From: Callorhinchus milii
Taxonomy: Eukaryota
Direction of reading: 5' to 3'
Assembly (NCBI RefSeq): GCF_018977255.1
Contig: NW_024704742.1
Coordinates: 78,742,001 to 78,806,000, forward strand
Length of the DNA stretch: 64,000 bases
Shown: in pieces, positions 26,090 to 38,578 of the stretch
How the letters are laid out: the number at the start of each line of letters is the position of its first letter
Position numbering within the stretch: position 1 is the first letter of the stretch
Program-made: the position numbers and the translations under genes
The notes under the pieces: generated by a model
What the model saw: the letters and a program-made list of their open reading frames with translations, nothing else
Told to the model about the DNA's origin: nothing
Databases searched by the model: none

Positions 26090-26500
26090 TAACCGTAAGG
26101 GGCAGAGGTGCAAACGGATCTAGTGATTCTGATTTACAGAGCTCTTAATATTAGCAGCACAGGTGGACAAGACAATAGACAATGCAAATTGAGTTCTTGG
26201 CATTATATCCAATGGAATTGAGTAGAAACTTAAAAGGAAGTAATGTTAAATTTATATAAAAACTTGGTTAGATCATTTTTGGGGAACTAGTCAACATATT
26301 ACTAGTAGGATATTGCAGCATTGCAGAGAGTGCAGTGTAGATTTACAAGGATGTTACAAGGAACCAGAAGATAACAGCAATAAAAAAAATTAGACAGGTT
26401 GGAGCTTTTCTTTCCAGAGTTGAGGCAATTCAGAGGGGATCTGATGGAGGTGTTTAAAATTATGGATTTGAAAAGGTGGATGTTAATAAGCTGCTTCCAG
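26090..26500 (+). mobile_element. Degraded CR1 ORF2 fragment
   Basis: LYKNLVR...VQCRFTRML...FRGDLMEVFKIM remnants. Confidence 0.75.
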
Positions 26501-26993
26501 TTATTGGTGACAATTCTCCAGGGAGGGAGAGGTAAGCAAAGTCTCCTTGGTGCTGAATTGGCTCCTGGGTTACATGCTTGGCAACAGAATGTCAGAATTG
26601 AGTCTACCTTCTGTGGAGGTCTTGGTAGCCCAGTTCCTGAGCCAGGAGGTTTGCAGTAGACCCTGCTATTGGCATTTTGTTACATTTCTTTTTGCCATAG
26701 TTCAATACTTTGGCTGAATAGATTCAATGAAAAACTTCACAGCTATAATTTCAGATTTATATGAGTTTAAATGGCATTTATCAAATGGGCCCTTTTAGGT
26801 GTGATGTGAAGCTCCCTTATAATAATAATACTTGCATTTGATATAGTGCCTTATCGCATCTTCGAGACGTCTCAAAGCGCTTCACAGAATCATCTGTAAA
26901 GTGAATTGACTGTATATTTTGTGGATGAAACGTACTGTGAAACCTGATTTTGAAATTATTTGATTGCGTCTATTGCATCGTATTACCTTCTAG

Positions 26994-27111
26994 ATCTTCA
27001 ACCACCCAAGGATCACCACATTTAGGGAAACAAGAAGGAAGCGAGTCAGCTGAAGTCCAAGATACTTACAATGGATCACAGAAAAATGAAAAACATGTCG
27101 AAAAAANCGAG
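26994..27111 (+). CDS. HMG20B: HMG20 family, N-terminal low-complexity exon (SSTTQGSPHLGKQEGSESAEVQDTYNGSQKNEKHVEKXE)
   Basis: Acceptor ccttctAG and donor GAG|GTAACA. Open from phase 2 to phase 0 and joins the HMG-box exon in frame. Ambiguous base N at 27107. Confidence 0.7.
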
Positions 27112-28147
27112 GTAACATTAGCTTAAGATTTGGATCCGTGGGTGACTGTTTTCCTGCTGTTCGGGTTGGAGCTTAGCACAAACCCTGCTTCTTTCATTTG
27201 GTTTGTGATGCTGAGACTCAGCTGTGTACAATCTGTGATCTCCGGTATATGGCTCTGTCCTGGCTAGGAGTTGCACAGCAGAGGTCCGTGGATTACACTC
27301 CCTGTGGTTTTTCCCGCTTTCCTTGTGGGGGAGGCATCTGGATTTCACTTGGCACTGTGCCTCAGTGACTCAGATTGGGAACCAACATCCCACTACTCCC
27401 AAGGCACAGCATGTTGGTGCTCTGTGCTGTCCCAGGATACTGCCAGAAACTCCTCATGTAGAGAGGTGGGTTATTTTTCTGGGGCATATGGGATGAAACA
27501 TTTTCAAATTCAATATATGAGGATAATTAGTCCAGCATTCCATGTCTTTCAATGCCAGGGAAGGATTTTCTATCCAATAATTTGTCAGTTGTGACAAATG
27601 CCTTTCATAAACCATACCTGGGTGGACTTGGATTGCTCAGTGATTTTTTTCAGTTAGTAACTGAGCCATTCGATCTCTTGAGTTAACTGATTTAAGCCAA
27701 GATGAAACTAATGCTCCTTCAATTGGCCTCAGGGGTTATGGGTTCAGCAAGTGAAATTCAGCTACAGGTATCCCTCCTCATTGTTATTCAGCAGTCCCTG
27801 TTCAAGGTAGGCACAGGATTGCACTCTGCTGCATTTCTATTTCCCCATAAACCCACGGTCAAGTAATGTACTGCCAGTCCCTGTGGAGGATCACACATAA
27901 ATGCAATTGAGGAGGTACTTGAGTACATTGGAACTGCTCCTAGAAATTTAATCAAACATCTTTGGCAGAGGAGCGGGGAAGGAGAAGGTTTGTGAATGTA
28001 AAACAAAACATGCTGCTTGCAGTGATTGTCTTCGATCACTTTAAATGAATTGCTTCCTTTTTAATAGAGTCCAATGTTTTTGTACTCTGTGTGACGTTTC
28101 TTATGGATATGTTGTGATTACCAGGCGGTTGGCTTATTTTTGTCTTT

Positions 28148-28457
28148 GGAGTCCTGTAGCTCAGTGGTTAGAGCACTCGCTTTGCAAGCGAGAGACCTGA
28201 GTTCAATTCCAGGCAGAGGGCGAAACCTTGGGCAACTTTCCTTACTCCACACAGAGCCTAATAATAATCCCTCCAAAACCAATAACAATAATAAATTGGT
28301 CATTTTCAATCTACGACTGTTTGTGGGACATTGCTGTGCGCAATTGGCTGCCGCGTTCACCCACAAATATACAGTCAATTCACTTTACAGTGTGTTCTGT
28401 GAAGCGCTTTGGGACGTCCTCCCGACGTGAAAAGCACTATATCGAATGCAAGGATTA
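28148..28457 (+). mobile_element. tRNA-Ala-headed SINE, short (young) subfamily
   Basis: Near-intact head with anticodon arm CTCGC-TTTGCAA-GCGAG, Deu-like core and tail GGGACGTCCTCCCGACGTGAAAAGC. Confidence 0.93.
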
Positions 28458-28671
28458 ACATAATTAATTAATGTAATGTAAACCACAGGATTGAATTATG
28501 AACAAATTAAAATGTCATCTAAAACCTAAACTAGAATTGTAGACCTGAAATCACTCCCAGTTATATCTGACCATGTGAGATGAGCATTGGTTTTGGGTCA
28601 GACTTTCTGAGGAGCTGCAATGGCTGAATTTGTGCTATCCACACCAGTTTATTAATTGATGGTAATACTAA

Positions 28672-29085
28672 TACAACAACAACCACAAAATTACATTTAT
28701 AGAGTGCCTTTCACGTCGGGAGGACGTTCCAAAGCGCTGAACAGTCAGATGTTGGGGTCCGAACATGGGGGAGGGGTGGTGTAGGGGTGAGGGAAGGCAG
28801 AGAGGTGGGAGGGAGACCAAAGGGATGATCGAAGAGGAGGGTCTTGAGACCGGCCTTGAAGGATGCAAGGGAGGAAGTGAGGCGAAGGGACCGTGGGATG
28901 GAGTTCCAGAGTGTGGGGCAGAGAGGCCACCAATGGTAGGCCGGGTCGGGCGGGAGACATGGAGCAGGCCGGAGCCTGATGAACGGAGGGAGTGGGCAGT
29001 TTGGTAGGGAGTCAGCAAGTCAGAGAGATAGGAGGGAGCAAGGCCATGGATGGCCTTAAAGGTGAGGACTTGGATCTTGAATTCT
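28672..29085 (-). mobile_element. L2 3' fragment
   Basis: FKIQVLTFKAIHGLAPSYLSDLL plus tail. Confidence 0.88.
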
Positions 29086-29777
29086 AAATCGTTACACTTG
29101 TTCTGGAGCCTTTCGCTTTGGGAGGATGTCACAGGATGCACTGTAAAGTGCAGAGACTGCATGTTTTGTGGATTAATGCAGCAGCCAATTTGATACAGCA
29201 ATATCCTACAAACAACTATGAAGTGTGTGACCAATCTTATTTGGATCAAAACACCAGGAGAAACTTGAGTAGTGGCATGGGATCTTTAACATCCACCTCA
29301 AAAGGAAAATCGAACCTTGGTTTATCATCTCATCTGAAGGCCAGTACCTGCAACAGTATAGCAAACCCCCAGCACCACATTGGAGTGTCACCTTAGACTA
29401 CATGAGTTCCAAGTCCCAACATGGGGCTTAAAACCATGACTTTCTGACTCACACACAAAATGATCACCGCTGACGTACTGAATGATCACTGCTGATTTCT
29501 AAAAAATACTGAGCTTGTGTGATCAGTGAGATAGATACTGCAGTAGGCACCGTGTTTGCAATGAAGAGGGATTTGATCAAATCCAATACCAACTTAAATT
29601 TATATAGCGCTCCTCACTACTTGAAACCTATTCTAATACCCACAATAATTCCCCAACTTTGTAAGCAGTGGAGTTTTTGTGTCATATAACTGTAAATTAT
29701 ATTGTATTGCTAACTGTTCTTAGAGGAAGCATTTCATACCAATTAATCCAAATATGCCCTTTCATTTTAATCTGCAG

Positions 29778-29984
29778 CGTGGGACCAAGAAGAGAGGTTG
29801 GCCAAAAGGAAAAAAACGCAAAAAGAATATACCCAATGGCCCGAAAGCCCCACTGACTGGATACATGCGATTCTTAAATGAACGGCGTGAACAATTACGA
29901 GCACAACATCCACATTTATCTTCTCCCGAAATCACTAAGATGCTGGGAAGTGAATGGAGCAAGCTCCCACCTGAAGAAAAGCAG
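29778..29984 (+). CDS. HMG20B: HMG20 family HMG-box exon ([69 protein letters not shown])
   Basis: Characteristic HMG20/BRAF35 basic region and HMG box. Acceptor ctgcAG, donor CAG|GTTTGT, 207 nt, phase 0/0. Confidence 0.95.
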
Positions 29985-30482
29985 GTTTGTGTCTTTAATG
30001 TAACTGGGAAAGTGCATTGTGCTGCCCAGCAGAAGTGTTTAAAGTTGATTCAGGTCTGTTGTTTGTATTACTGGCTGTATGTCTCCCTCTCATTTTCTGT
30101 GAAGCGCTTTGAGAAGTCTAGAAGAGTGATAAAACGTTATATCAAATGCAAGGATTATTATAAGTGCTTTATTCCACTTGTCCCTTTCCATCTCATTTTT
30201 ATTCTTCCTATTGAGGAGAGATGAATTTGTTTACGTTTCTTGCACCATTTTGCTTTAATTCGCTGTGTGACTGATCTAGAATGTAAATTTGGTTTGAGCA
30301 GATTTATTTTTCTAATCTGTATTGCTGTTTTTGCTTCTGCCTCTGGTCTCTGAAGCTGAGCATTGTGCTTTTAGCTGCTCTTAGATTTAAAACAAGAAGT
30401 CAACAATTTGTGTTGCTTGCAGTCTTTGACCTCCACATATTTGTGATTTTTTTTTAACTTTTCAATTTGTCTACCTTTGAAG

Positions 30483-30603
30483 TGTTATCTTGATGAAGCT
30501 GAGAGGGAAAAGCAGCAGTACGTAAAGGAGCTCCAGGCATATCGGGGAACTGAAGCTTACAAAATGAGCACAAAAGTAGCCCAGGAAAAGAAGATGAGGA
30601 AAG
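30483..30603 (+). CDS. HMG20B: HMG20 family exon, end of HMG box ([40 protein letters not shown])
   Basis: [12 protein letters not shown] matches HMG20B. 121 nt, phase 0 to 1, donor AAG|GTAGCC. Confidence 0.93.
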
Positions 30604-30845
30604 GTAGCCCTGCTTTTGATCATTAATTCCGTGTTCGAAGCAGAAGTGTTTGACTAATTTAAGCACTGGATTACTAGTAGCAAATTAAAAAAAACTTACT
30701 GATATATATCTTTTCATTGTACATCAGATTGCAAAGAAAAAAACCTAAGGTACAGTAAGATACTAGTAGAACTTTTAAGGATTAATGATTTTCTGCAATA
30801 GTGTTTTTCTAAATTAACTTTCATTCTGTGCCTTTTACTTTTTAG

Positions 30846-30883
30846 AAACTACTTATTCAATGTCAAATGGTGTACATGCTGAG
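30846..30883 (+). CDS. HMG20B: HMG20 family short linker exon (ETTYSMSNGVHAE)
   Basis: Acceptor cttttacttttAG and donor GAG|GTAAGA. 38 nt, phase 1 to 0, which is needed to join the flanking exons in frame. Confidence 0.8.
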
Positions 30884-32506
30884 GTAAGAAGTTTTGGGAT
30901 ATATTAGGTAATACTGTAATAGAAGATTTGTCTTGTTTTCTCCAGTTGCTTTTACATATACTCTTTACACGGTTTACCTAATAGGAACTTGATTGTTGGT
31001 TGAGTGACATATTGCTTTCCGTGAGTAATAATACCTTCAAAAATAAAACAATTTAGTCATTCAATCCACAACTGTTTGTGGGACACTGTTGTGTGGAATT
31101 AGCTGCCGCGGTTCACTCATAAAATATCCAGTCAATTCACTTTACAGTATATTCTGTGAACACTTTGAGACGTCTCAATAACGTGATAAGGTGATATATT
31201 AAATGCAAGGATTATTATTATATTACAGTAGCATCTAATTTGTCAGTGTGATTCAAGCACAGTTTCAACAGAGCATCCTAGAGCCTAGTTAAATGCGTTA
31301 CTCTTTCTGTAGTGGCAAGATATGTCGAAATTAATCTTCTTAGTCAGGCAGACGTAAACCACCGTCCGTTCAGTAAACCCAGCAGTAATTGGTAGTGCAC
31401 TGCAGAGAACTGACTCCAGGTGGCTCTATAACCTAAGTTAATGTCATCTTTTTTTGGGGAAGAAAGGGTCCAAACAAAGAGATGTGCAAGCTAGTTTATG
31501 GATTTGTAACCGTTTCTAGTCTAAGCGAATCCTTAGAGAGGCTGTAGGACACTGACCATAAGTAAACTGATCGGCAGTGGCAACAGGCCTTTGTGATGCC
31601 TGGAAGAACTGGAGGCTCTGCACAACCGATGGGGGGCATGGCTCCGGCTCCTTAGAGGAAACAGCATAGAAAGGCCTTAAAGGTGTTATAGGCCTCAGTC
31701 AAGGTGAGTCTGACTCAGTCAAACACATGCAGCAGAAGGAGCCAGATCTGGACGTTGATGTACAAAGGATTTCTAAAAGAACCCAGGTCCTACATTTTCA
31801 GGCGAGAAGCCAGCTTTCAGTGCTTAAAGTGAGTCTGTGATCCTTTATTGAATAATAATTTATTGTATTCACGACCATCCTTTCATACTCAATCCTTCCA
31901 TTCATTCCAGTGCACGTTCCCATATATGCACAAAATGTCGATGTGCAGGTAGAGTCTCAACAGCAAGTTATTCAAATCTAGGAAAAATAGAATTGCAATG
32001 TAATTAGATTTAGAAGTAAAATACCTAATTTTCTATCAAGAACCAGCTCAGATCTGTTTATATGTATTTGCCCAGTGTGAGGGAGAAAGAATTTTGCCAG
32101 AATCCTTTAACAAATAATGTACGTCAATATTTTGATAATCACAACAGCAATTGTTTCCCAAAATTCAAGAAGCTTGCAATTTGTAATCAAAGCAAACTGT
32201 GAATGAAAACATATATGGAATATATATTTCTTTAATTCTGATTAAAACTTTTCATTTATTAATAATAAAAAGTTGCCTTCCTTCTTACTCAGTTAATTTA
32301 CGCTCTCTGGAATTAGATGTGTCCCTCCAGTGCGCATTCCATTCTAGACACAGGGAAATTTCATGTGTAGGTGGCAAATGTGTGGAATTCTTGTCTGTTT
32401 TCGGTACTCTTAAGCATGGTGATGGGTTTCTGTTTTTTGTCATAAATTGGGTTGACCACATAAAGAAAATTCTTGCAGGGTTGATTTATCTATTTTACTC
32501 CCACAG

Positions 32507-32588
32507 AATAAAAGTGACGAGAAACAAGGAAAGATGTCCATGTTTGATATTCCTATATTTACAGAGGAATTTCTCAATCATAACAAAG
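32507..32588 (+). CDS. HMG20B: HMG20 family exon (NKSDEKQGKMSMFDIPIFTEEFLNHNK)
   Basis: Hallmark FDIPIFTEEFL motif. Acceptor cccacAG, donor AAG|GTAAAG, 82 nt, phase 0 to 1. Confidence 0.93.
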
Positions 32589-33820
32589 GTAAAGAATGTT
32601 TGCTTTTCAACTAAATATTTGACCTACTACAAATGTGCCGCAACACTCAAATAATAATAATAGTCATTACATTTTATTTTAGTGCCTTTCATGTTGCAAG
32701 AAGGTCTCAAGCTGCTTCACAGAAATATCCTGTAAAGTGTAGTGACTGTATTTTATGGGGAAACCTGGCAGCCAATTTTTCACACAGTCCCACAAACAGC
32801 CATGGAGTGAATGGCCAATTTTATTTGGGGGATTGTTGGCCAGGACACTGTGAGAAAATCACTTCTCTTTTCAAATAGTATTATGGAATCTTTAATGTCC
32901 ACCTGAACAGCCAGATCCGGCCTCGGTAAAACATCTCATCCAAAGGACCAACATCCAAATGCAACACACCTCCAGCACTGCAACAGAGTGTCAGTCAGAG
33001 GGCCCAAAATTTCTGGGTTGAAGGCCCCCCATAACATTAGGCATTGTGACTGAGGACCCCACACAATAAATCCATGGAAATTTAGTACCTTTAATTCCAA
33101 CATTTTAAAAGAATTAAAGAAAATAAGTAAGAAATAATGCTTTGCAATGTTAAACAAACTCTGGGGTCTGCATTCCTAACAAGTAAGACTTACCTCACTT
33201 CGCGCCTCTCACGCCATCCGTCATTGGCACCGCCTGATCCGATTGGAACATACAATATGGGACCTGTTTGATTAATTCTTAATTTATGAGGAAGACCTTA
33301 CAGAAGGGGAGATTTGGGCATAGAGCAGAGCCGTCTTATAACAAGCTTTTTTATATTGAAAAGTTGAAAACCCATTGCTAGATGCAATTGAGAAGATGTG
33401 ATCAAAACAATACTTTCAATGAGGCAAACGGAATAGAACGAGAAGGCACAGGTTTAAGAGCTGAGATGCTACCCTGCATGGAAGGTGCTATATAAGTGCA
33501 AGTTGTTGTTGTTCAGGGATAAAAAGGGCAGTTTCAGGAAGTATTTTTTTTTACACAGATAGTAGTTAATAACTAGAACAGGTTACCAGGAAGGGTGGTA
33601 GAGACCAGGACCCTGGACTCGTTGAAGAAATGGCTTGATGCTGCGTTGAAGGATGAGGTCAGGGAAGCTGAAAATCTTCTTCATCCGAACATCCCTTGAT
33701 CTGTATTGAACTGTATTGTCAAGGCCATGTGCATATCCTATCCAGTCTCATCAGAGCTTGGACAAAAACAGTAAACATATAATGTCCAAGTATTTCCTGT
33801 AGTCCCAAGTATTTCCAAAT

Positions 33821-34183
33821 GGAGTCCTGTAGCTCAATGGTTAGAGCACTTGCATCGCAAGCGAGAGACCTGGGTTCAATTCCCAGCAGGACGAATCTTG
33901 GACAAGTTTCCTTACTCCACACTTCTTTTTACCTAGCAGTAAGTAGGAAGCTGGTTGTTAGTCAATTGGCGGATCGCTTTTCCAGTGTTAATAATTCCTT
34001 CAAAAAAAAATAATAGTTGGTCACTTCAATCCATCATTATTTGTTGGATACTGGTGTACGCAATTGGCTGCCGCATTTCACCCCAAAAAATATACAGTCA
34101 ATTCACTTGACAGTATATTCTGTGAAGTGCTTTGAGATGTCTTGATGTGATAAGGCGCTCTATCAAATGCAAGGATTATTATT
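33821..34183 (+). mobile_element. tRNA-Ala-headed SINE, long subfamily
   Basis: Full-length copy with the TTTACCTAGCAGTAAGTAGGAA internal segment. Confidence 0.9.
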
Positions 34184-34414
34184 TCAATTTAATGGTTCTA
34201 AACTAACTGGAACTGGAGTAGGCTATTTAGCCAGCCTTATTACTGGAACAAAAAAAATATTCTATCCCTAATACATGCAATAAAATAAATTTCCTGTGCA
34301 TATGTCCTCTTTGATGAATTTAACGTGAAATAAGCTGTATAAATGTAAATTTGTTGTCAACATAGAAGATGTTGTTGACTTTAGAATGAGATGATAAAAT
34401 ATTTTGTTTTGCAG

Positions 34415-34630
34415 CTCAAGAAGCAGAGCTGAGAAAGTTACGAAAAGCTAACATTGAGTATGAAGAGCAGAATGCGGTCCTACAGAAGCACATTGACAAC
34501 ATGAAAAGTGCCAAGGAAAAGCTGGAGGAAGAGTTGTCGGAAGAGCAAAACCAAAATTCAGCTATCCAGAAGCATCTCGAGAGTTTACGGCAGATGCTAA
34601 CATCTAGCTTGGCTAATGTCTCTCTTCCAG
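34415..34630 (+). CDS. HMG20B: HMG20 family coiled-coil exon (AQEAELRKLRKANIEYEEQNAVLQKHIDNMKSAKEKLEEEL...LTSSLANVSLPG)
   Basis: EAELRxLRKxN.E.EEQNAVLQKH coiled-coil motif. 216 nt, phase 1/1, canonical splice sites. Confidence 0.94.
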
Positions 34631-35931
34631 GTCAGAAATAAAGATGTACAGTTTGTAAAACTGCCCTCCCAATGAACACGGACTGCATGTAACTTAGAAA
34701 ATATCAACAAGCTGGGATTCATTGGTCTCATTAATTATATAGACCTTGAGCAGAAATCTTGATTGGCTTAGTCGGCAGCATTTGTTTGGCCCTCGTGCAG
34801 ACAATTGTGGGTTCAAGCGGTTTATCGGGTCTTGAGTTCACAGCCTTGGCTGACACTCCAGAGTCCTGCTGTGGGTAATGCAGCATTGATGGAAATGTCA
34901 TTGTTTGGATGCCAGGTTCTGTCTGAATGTTTCTTAAGGTGGATATTAAAGATCTCATATCACTGTTCAAAATGAAAAGAGAGTTTCTCCTGGTGGTCTG
35001 GCCAACAAGACTCCAGATAGGTTTGTAGTATAATAATAATAATCCTTGCATTTGATATAGTGCTTTATCAGGTCTTTGAGTTGTTTCAAAGCGCTTCACA
35101 GAATATACTTTAAAGTGAATTAACTGTATATTTTGTGGATGAAAATGTTGACAGTTTCCATCATAACTCTTTGATGGGACATTACAAAAAATGACTGGTG
35201 CATTTATCTTTAAAAACGCAATAGCTCTTTATGTCCTGTGGTGTTTTTTCTGAACGCTTTTCAACTCCACACTCTTTATGGCCACTTTCTACAAATACTA
35301 AATTTGACTAGTTTTCAATCCCACTGATTTTTTTTTTTTCGTAACAACAGTTTTTGATATGATGATCTAACATGTTGATGTGAAAAAATTACAAAAAGAT
35401 AGCAAAGAAATTCTGGAAAATGCTTGGAACAAGTCATAAGGAATGAATTTATAAATCTCGGGTGGAAGTGCCACGTATAACATCTTCTGCAAATGTTTCA
35501 CAAACCATAGTTTAATACTAGTGTGCTTTACTGCAGCCCATACAATCTACCCAAAGAAAAACACAATAAAATTTGTCAGGTGGTGGGTCCTGGACTCAGA
35601 ACTCATGTTCTGACACTGTAACATAGTTCTGGGGGTGTGCTGCATTGCTGGAGGTGCTGTACTTTGAATAAGATGTTAAACTGACCCAATCTGTTGAAGT
35701 GGATGATAAAGATCCCATGTTACTATTCATAAAGAGGAGAGTTTTCTCCGCTCCTTCCCAACAATCTCTCAAAAAAATTGCTCATTTGCTTCATGACTGT
35801 TTGCAGTACATTGTTGTGCGCAAATTGGGTGCATTTGAGACATCCTCCTGATGTGAAAGGTGCTATATTCAATGTAAAGACTGTTATTATACAAACATCA
35901 TCTCACCTTTTATCTTTTCTAAATCTCTCAG

Positions 35932-36067
35932 GTAGTGGAGAAAACGCAACGTTAGACACAGTTGACTCCTATTTGACCAAACTGCACAGTATTGTGGTGG
36001 ATGACGCGCGGCAGAATGACAAACTTGTGAAAAAGATACAGGAGATATTAAGCAAGCTGGAGAACAG
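35932..36067 (+). CDS. HMG20B: HMG20 family C-terminal exon (SGENATLDTVDSYLTKLHSIVVDDARQNDKLVKKIQEILSKLEN)
   Basis: GE.xT..T.D.Y..KLH motif. Acceptor ctctcAG, donor CAG|GTAAAT, 136 nt, phase 1 to 2. Confidence 0.92.
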
Positions 36068-36092
36068 GTAAATACATGCGATATGTAAATGT

Positions 36093-36410
36093 AATAATAA
36101 TAATCCTTGCATTTGATATAGCGCTTTTCACGTCTTCTAGATGTCTCAAAGCGATTCACAGAATATAATAATAATAATCCTTGCATTTGATATAGCGCTT
36201 TTCACGTCGGGAGGACGTCCCAAAGCGCTTCACAGAACACACTGTAAAGTGAATTGACTGTATATTTGTGGGCGAAACGCAGCAGCCAATTGTGCACAGC
36301 TGTGTCCCACAAACAGCTGTGGATTGAAAATTTGACCAATTTATTATTGTTTTGTTTTTTGGAGGGATTATTATTAGGCGCGCAAAGTAAGGAAACCTTG
36401 CCCAAGGTTT
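36093..36410 (-). mobile_element. Tandem SINE tail plus a 5'-truncated short-subfamily SINE
   Basis: Two successive (TAA)n-TCCTTGCATTTGATATAGCGC tails at 36093 and 36167. Confidence 0.88.
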
Positions 36411-36537
36411 TTATAGTTTAATTAAACTAATTTTGTGAGAGACAGACATAGGAAAATTAGCCCTTATAAGCAGAGCCAACAGAAAATTGCACAAATATTT
36501 GCCAAAAATTGCAAGGAAATTTGATTTGACAGTTTAC

Positions 36538-36870
36538 AACAACAATAACATTACGTTTATAGAGCACATTTCATGCTGGCAAGATGTTCCAAAGCCCTGA
36601 ACAGTCAGGTGTTGGGGCCTGAGCATGGGGGAGGGGTGGTGTAGGGGTGAGGGAAAGCAGAGAGGTGGGAGGGAGACCAAAGGCATGATTGAAGAGAAGG
36701 GTCTTGAGACCGGCCTTGAAGGAAGGAAGGGAGGAAGCGAGGCAAAGGAACCATGGGATGGTGTTCCAGTGTGTGGGGCAGAGAGGCTGAAAGCCCGACC
36801 GCCGATGGTAGGGTGGGTCGGGCGGGGGACATGGAGCAGACCGGAGCCCGCTGAACGGAGGAAGCAGGCA
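36538..36870 (-). mobile_element. L2 3' fragment
   Basis: Closely similar to 28672-29000. Confidence 0.85.
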
Positions 36871-36936
36871 GTTCTAATTTAGTCTTAACTGAGGGGCTCT
36901 AGGAGATCACCACTCCTGATTCCCAGGGTCAGCCAC

Positions 36937-37322
36937 CGCACACACTCACAGAGAGAAAGAGAGAGAGAGAGACACACACACTCACAGACAGAGACAGAGA
37001 GAGAGAGACTCATATACTCACAGACACAGAGAGGCACACAGACACAGAAATGTACAGGTGTTCACAGACACACACAGAGACATACTGACAGACATTTACA
37101 GATACTGAGAGACACACACACACATTCACAGACCCACAGAGTCACAGAGACACACACTCAGACACACAGAGAGACACACAACACACACACAGACCCATAC
37201 ATACAGAGAGACATACACAGACATTCACAGACACACTGAGTCACAGAGACACACACTCACAACCACACAGACACACGTACAGAGGAGAGATACACATTCA
37301 GAGGAGAGAGACACACAGACAA
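36937..37322. repeat. (CA)n/(GA)n low-complexity tract
   Basis: Mixed CACA/GAGA repeats. Confidence 0.9.
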
Positions 37323-38578
37323 TCTCAACAGCGGGGCATTGGGGTGAGCGAAGCCCATTTCCCGCCGCACCACTCATGCAAGCCCGGAGCTGCTCTGCCC
37401 ACAGTTGCGCCATCGAGTAAACAGCCAGCAACAGCCGCAGAGGGCTGGGCCGAGCTCACTGGGTTTACAGGTCTGTAGCAGACGGGGGTGTTTGTAGTGG
37501 ATTTTGCTGAAAAATTGTGGCTGTACTTTTAGCCCAGTTTCTAAGCATATTCTGATGGAACTATTTAGAGAATCACCAACACAACCCATTAATATAAGGT
37601 ATCATATGTTGTATAATAGTAAGATCCTAGGCACTGGGAGAATAATGTGTGAAATAGAATGATTATTGTGACTTTGTTTCATAGGACAGGGAGCCTGGCC
37701 AACAGGACATTAAATGTTGAGGAGAAAAAGTGGAGAAATGGGATCAAATGGTCAAACTTGAGGAATGAGCTTGACAGGCTGTTCCGAAGACAAATAGTGT
37801 GCATGATGCCAAAGACATCATTGGGACTGCCTATTTAAGAGTCACTGAACCAGATCTATAAAAAGATAGTTGAGAAAATGAGGCTGTGTTCAGTATGCTG
37901 TGGAAGTACCGCTTAGGCTGCTTGCGAATCTCAGATGGCATAATCTATTTTCTGACATTTGAAAGAATGAGGAGTGATCTATAGGAAGCTATAGCTAATA
38001 AAATAAAATGAAAGGAACTTGATTAAAAATCTTGTGCAATGATAGAGGTCCATTGCATTAACTTGTTGGAGTATGAATTTATTGTATATGGGTTCATGTC
38101 AGCGATTTCTACATTTTAAAGATGAAGGTGATGGAGCCCAGATAGTTTATAGAGATGATTCCCAATTCAGATATCCGCAGATATCTGTGTTTTTTGTTGG
38201 ATATCGCAGCTTGAGAAGGCTGTTGGTTTAAGCTCTATATTAGTACTTGAGCTCACAGTCCAGGCTAATGCTCCAGTGCCACACCGATTCAGTGCTGTAT
38301 TGTTAGATAACTATCCTTCAGATGACATCTTAAATCGAGGTCCCAATTCAAGTTGATATTAAAAGGTCCCATGGCGCTATTTAAAAAGAAAAGGGAGTTT
38401 CTCCTGGTGTCCTCACCAAGCATCCCCCAAATAAATTTGGTCATTCTCCCAGTAGTTTGTTATGTGTGAAATGGATTCCATGAATCCCTGTTTACGTACC
38501 TTTTTTTTGTTCCTTATGTAGATCATATTTACAATCATTGTGAGTGTTCATGAACTTAGTAACGTTTTTCTGTTTCAG

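Noticed and set aside
28148..28222. tRNA-Ala gene (also at 4796, 15372, 33821 and 63724)
   Set aside because: Each is the head of a SINE, continues into the same body and tail, and has imperfect stems.
29985..30224. C-terminal part of the 156-aa ORF at 29754
   Set aside because: Intron read-through into a SINE tail; only 29778-29984 is coding.
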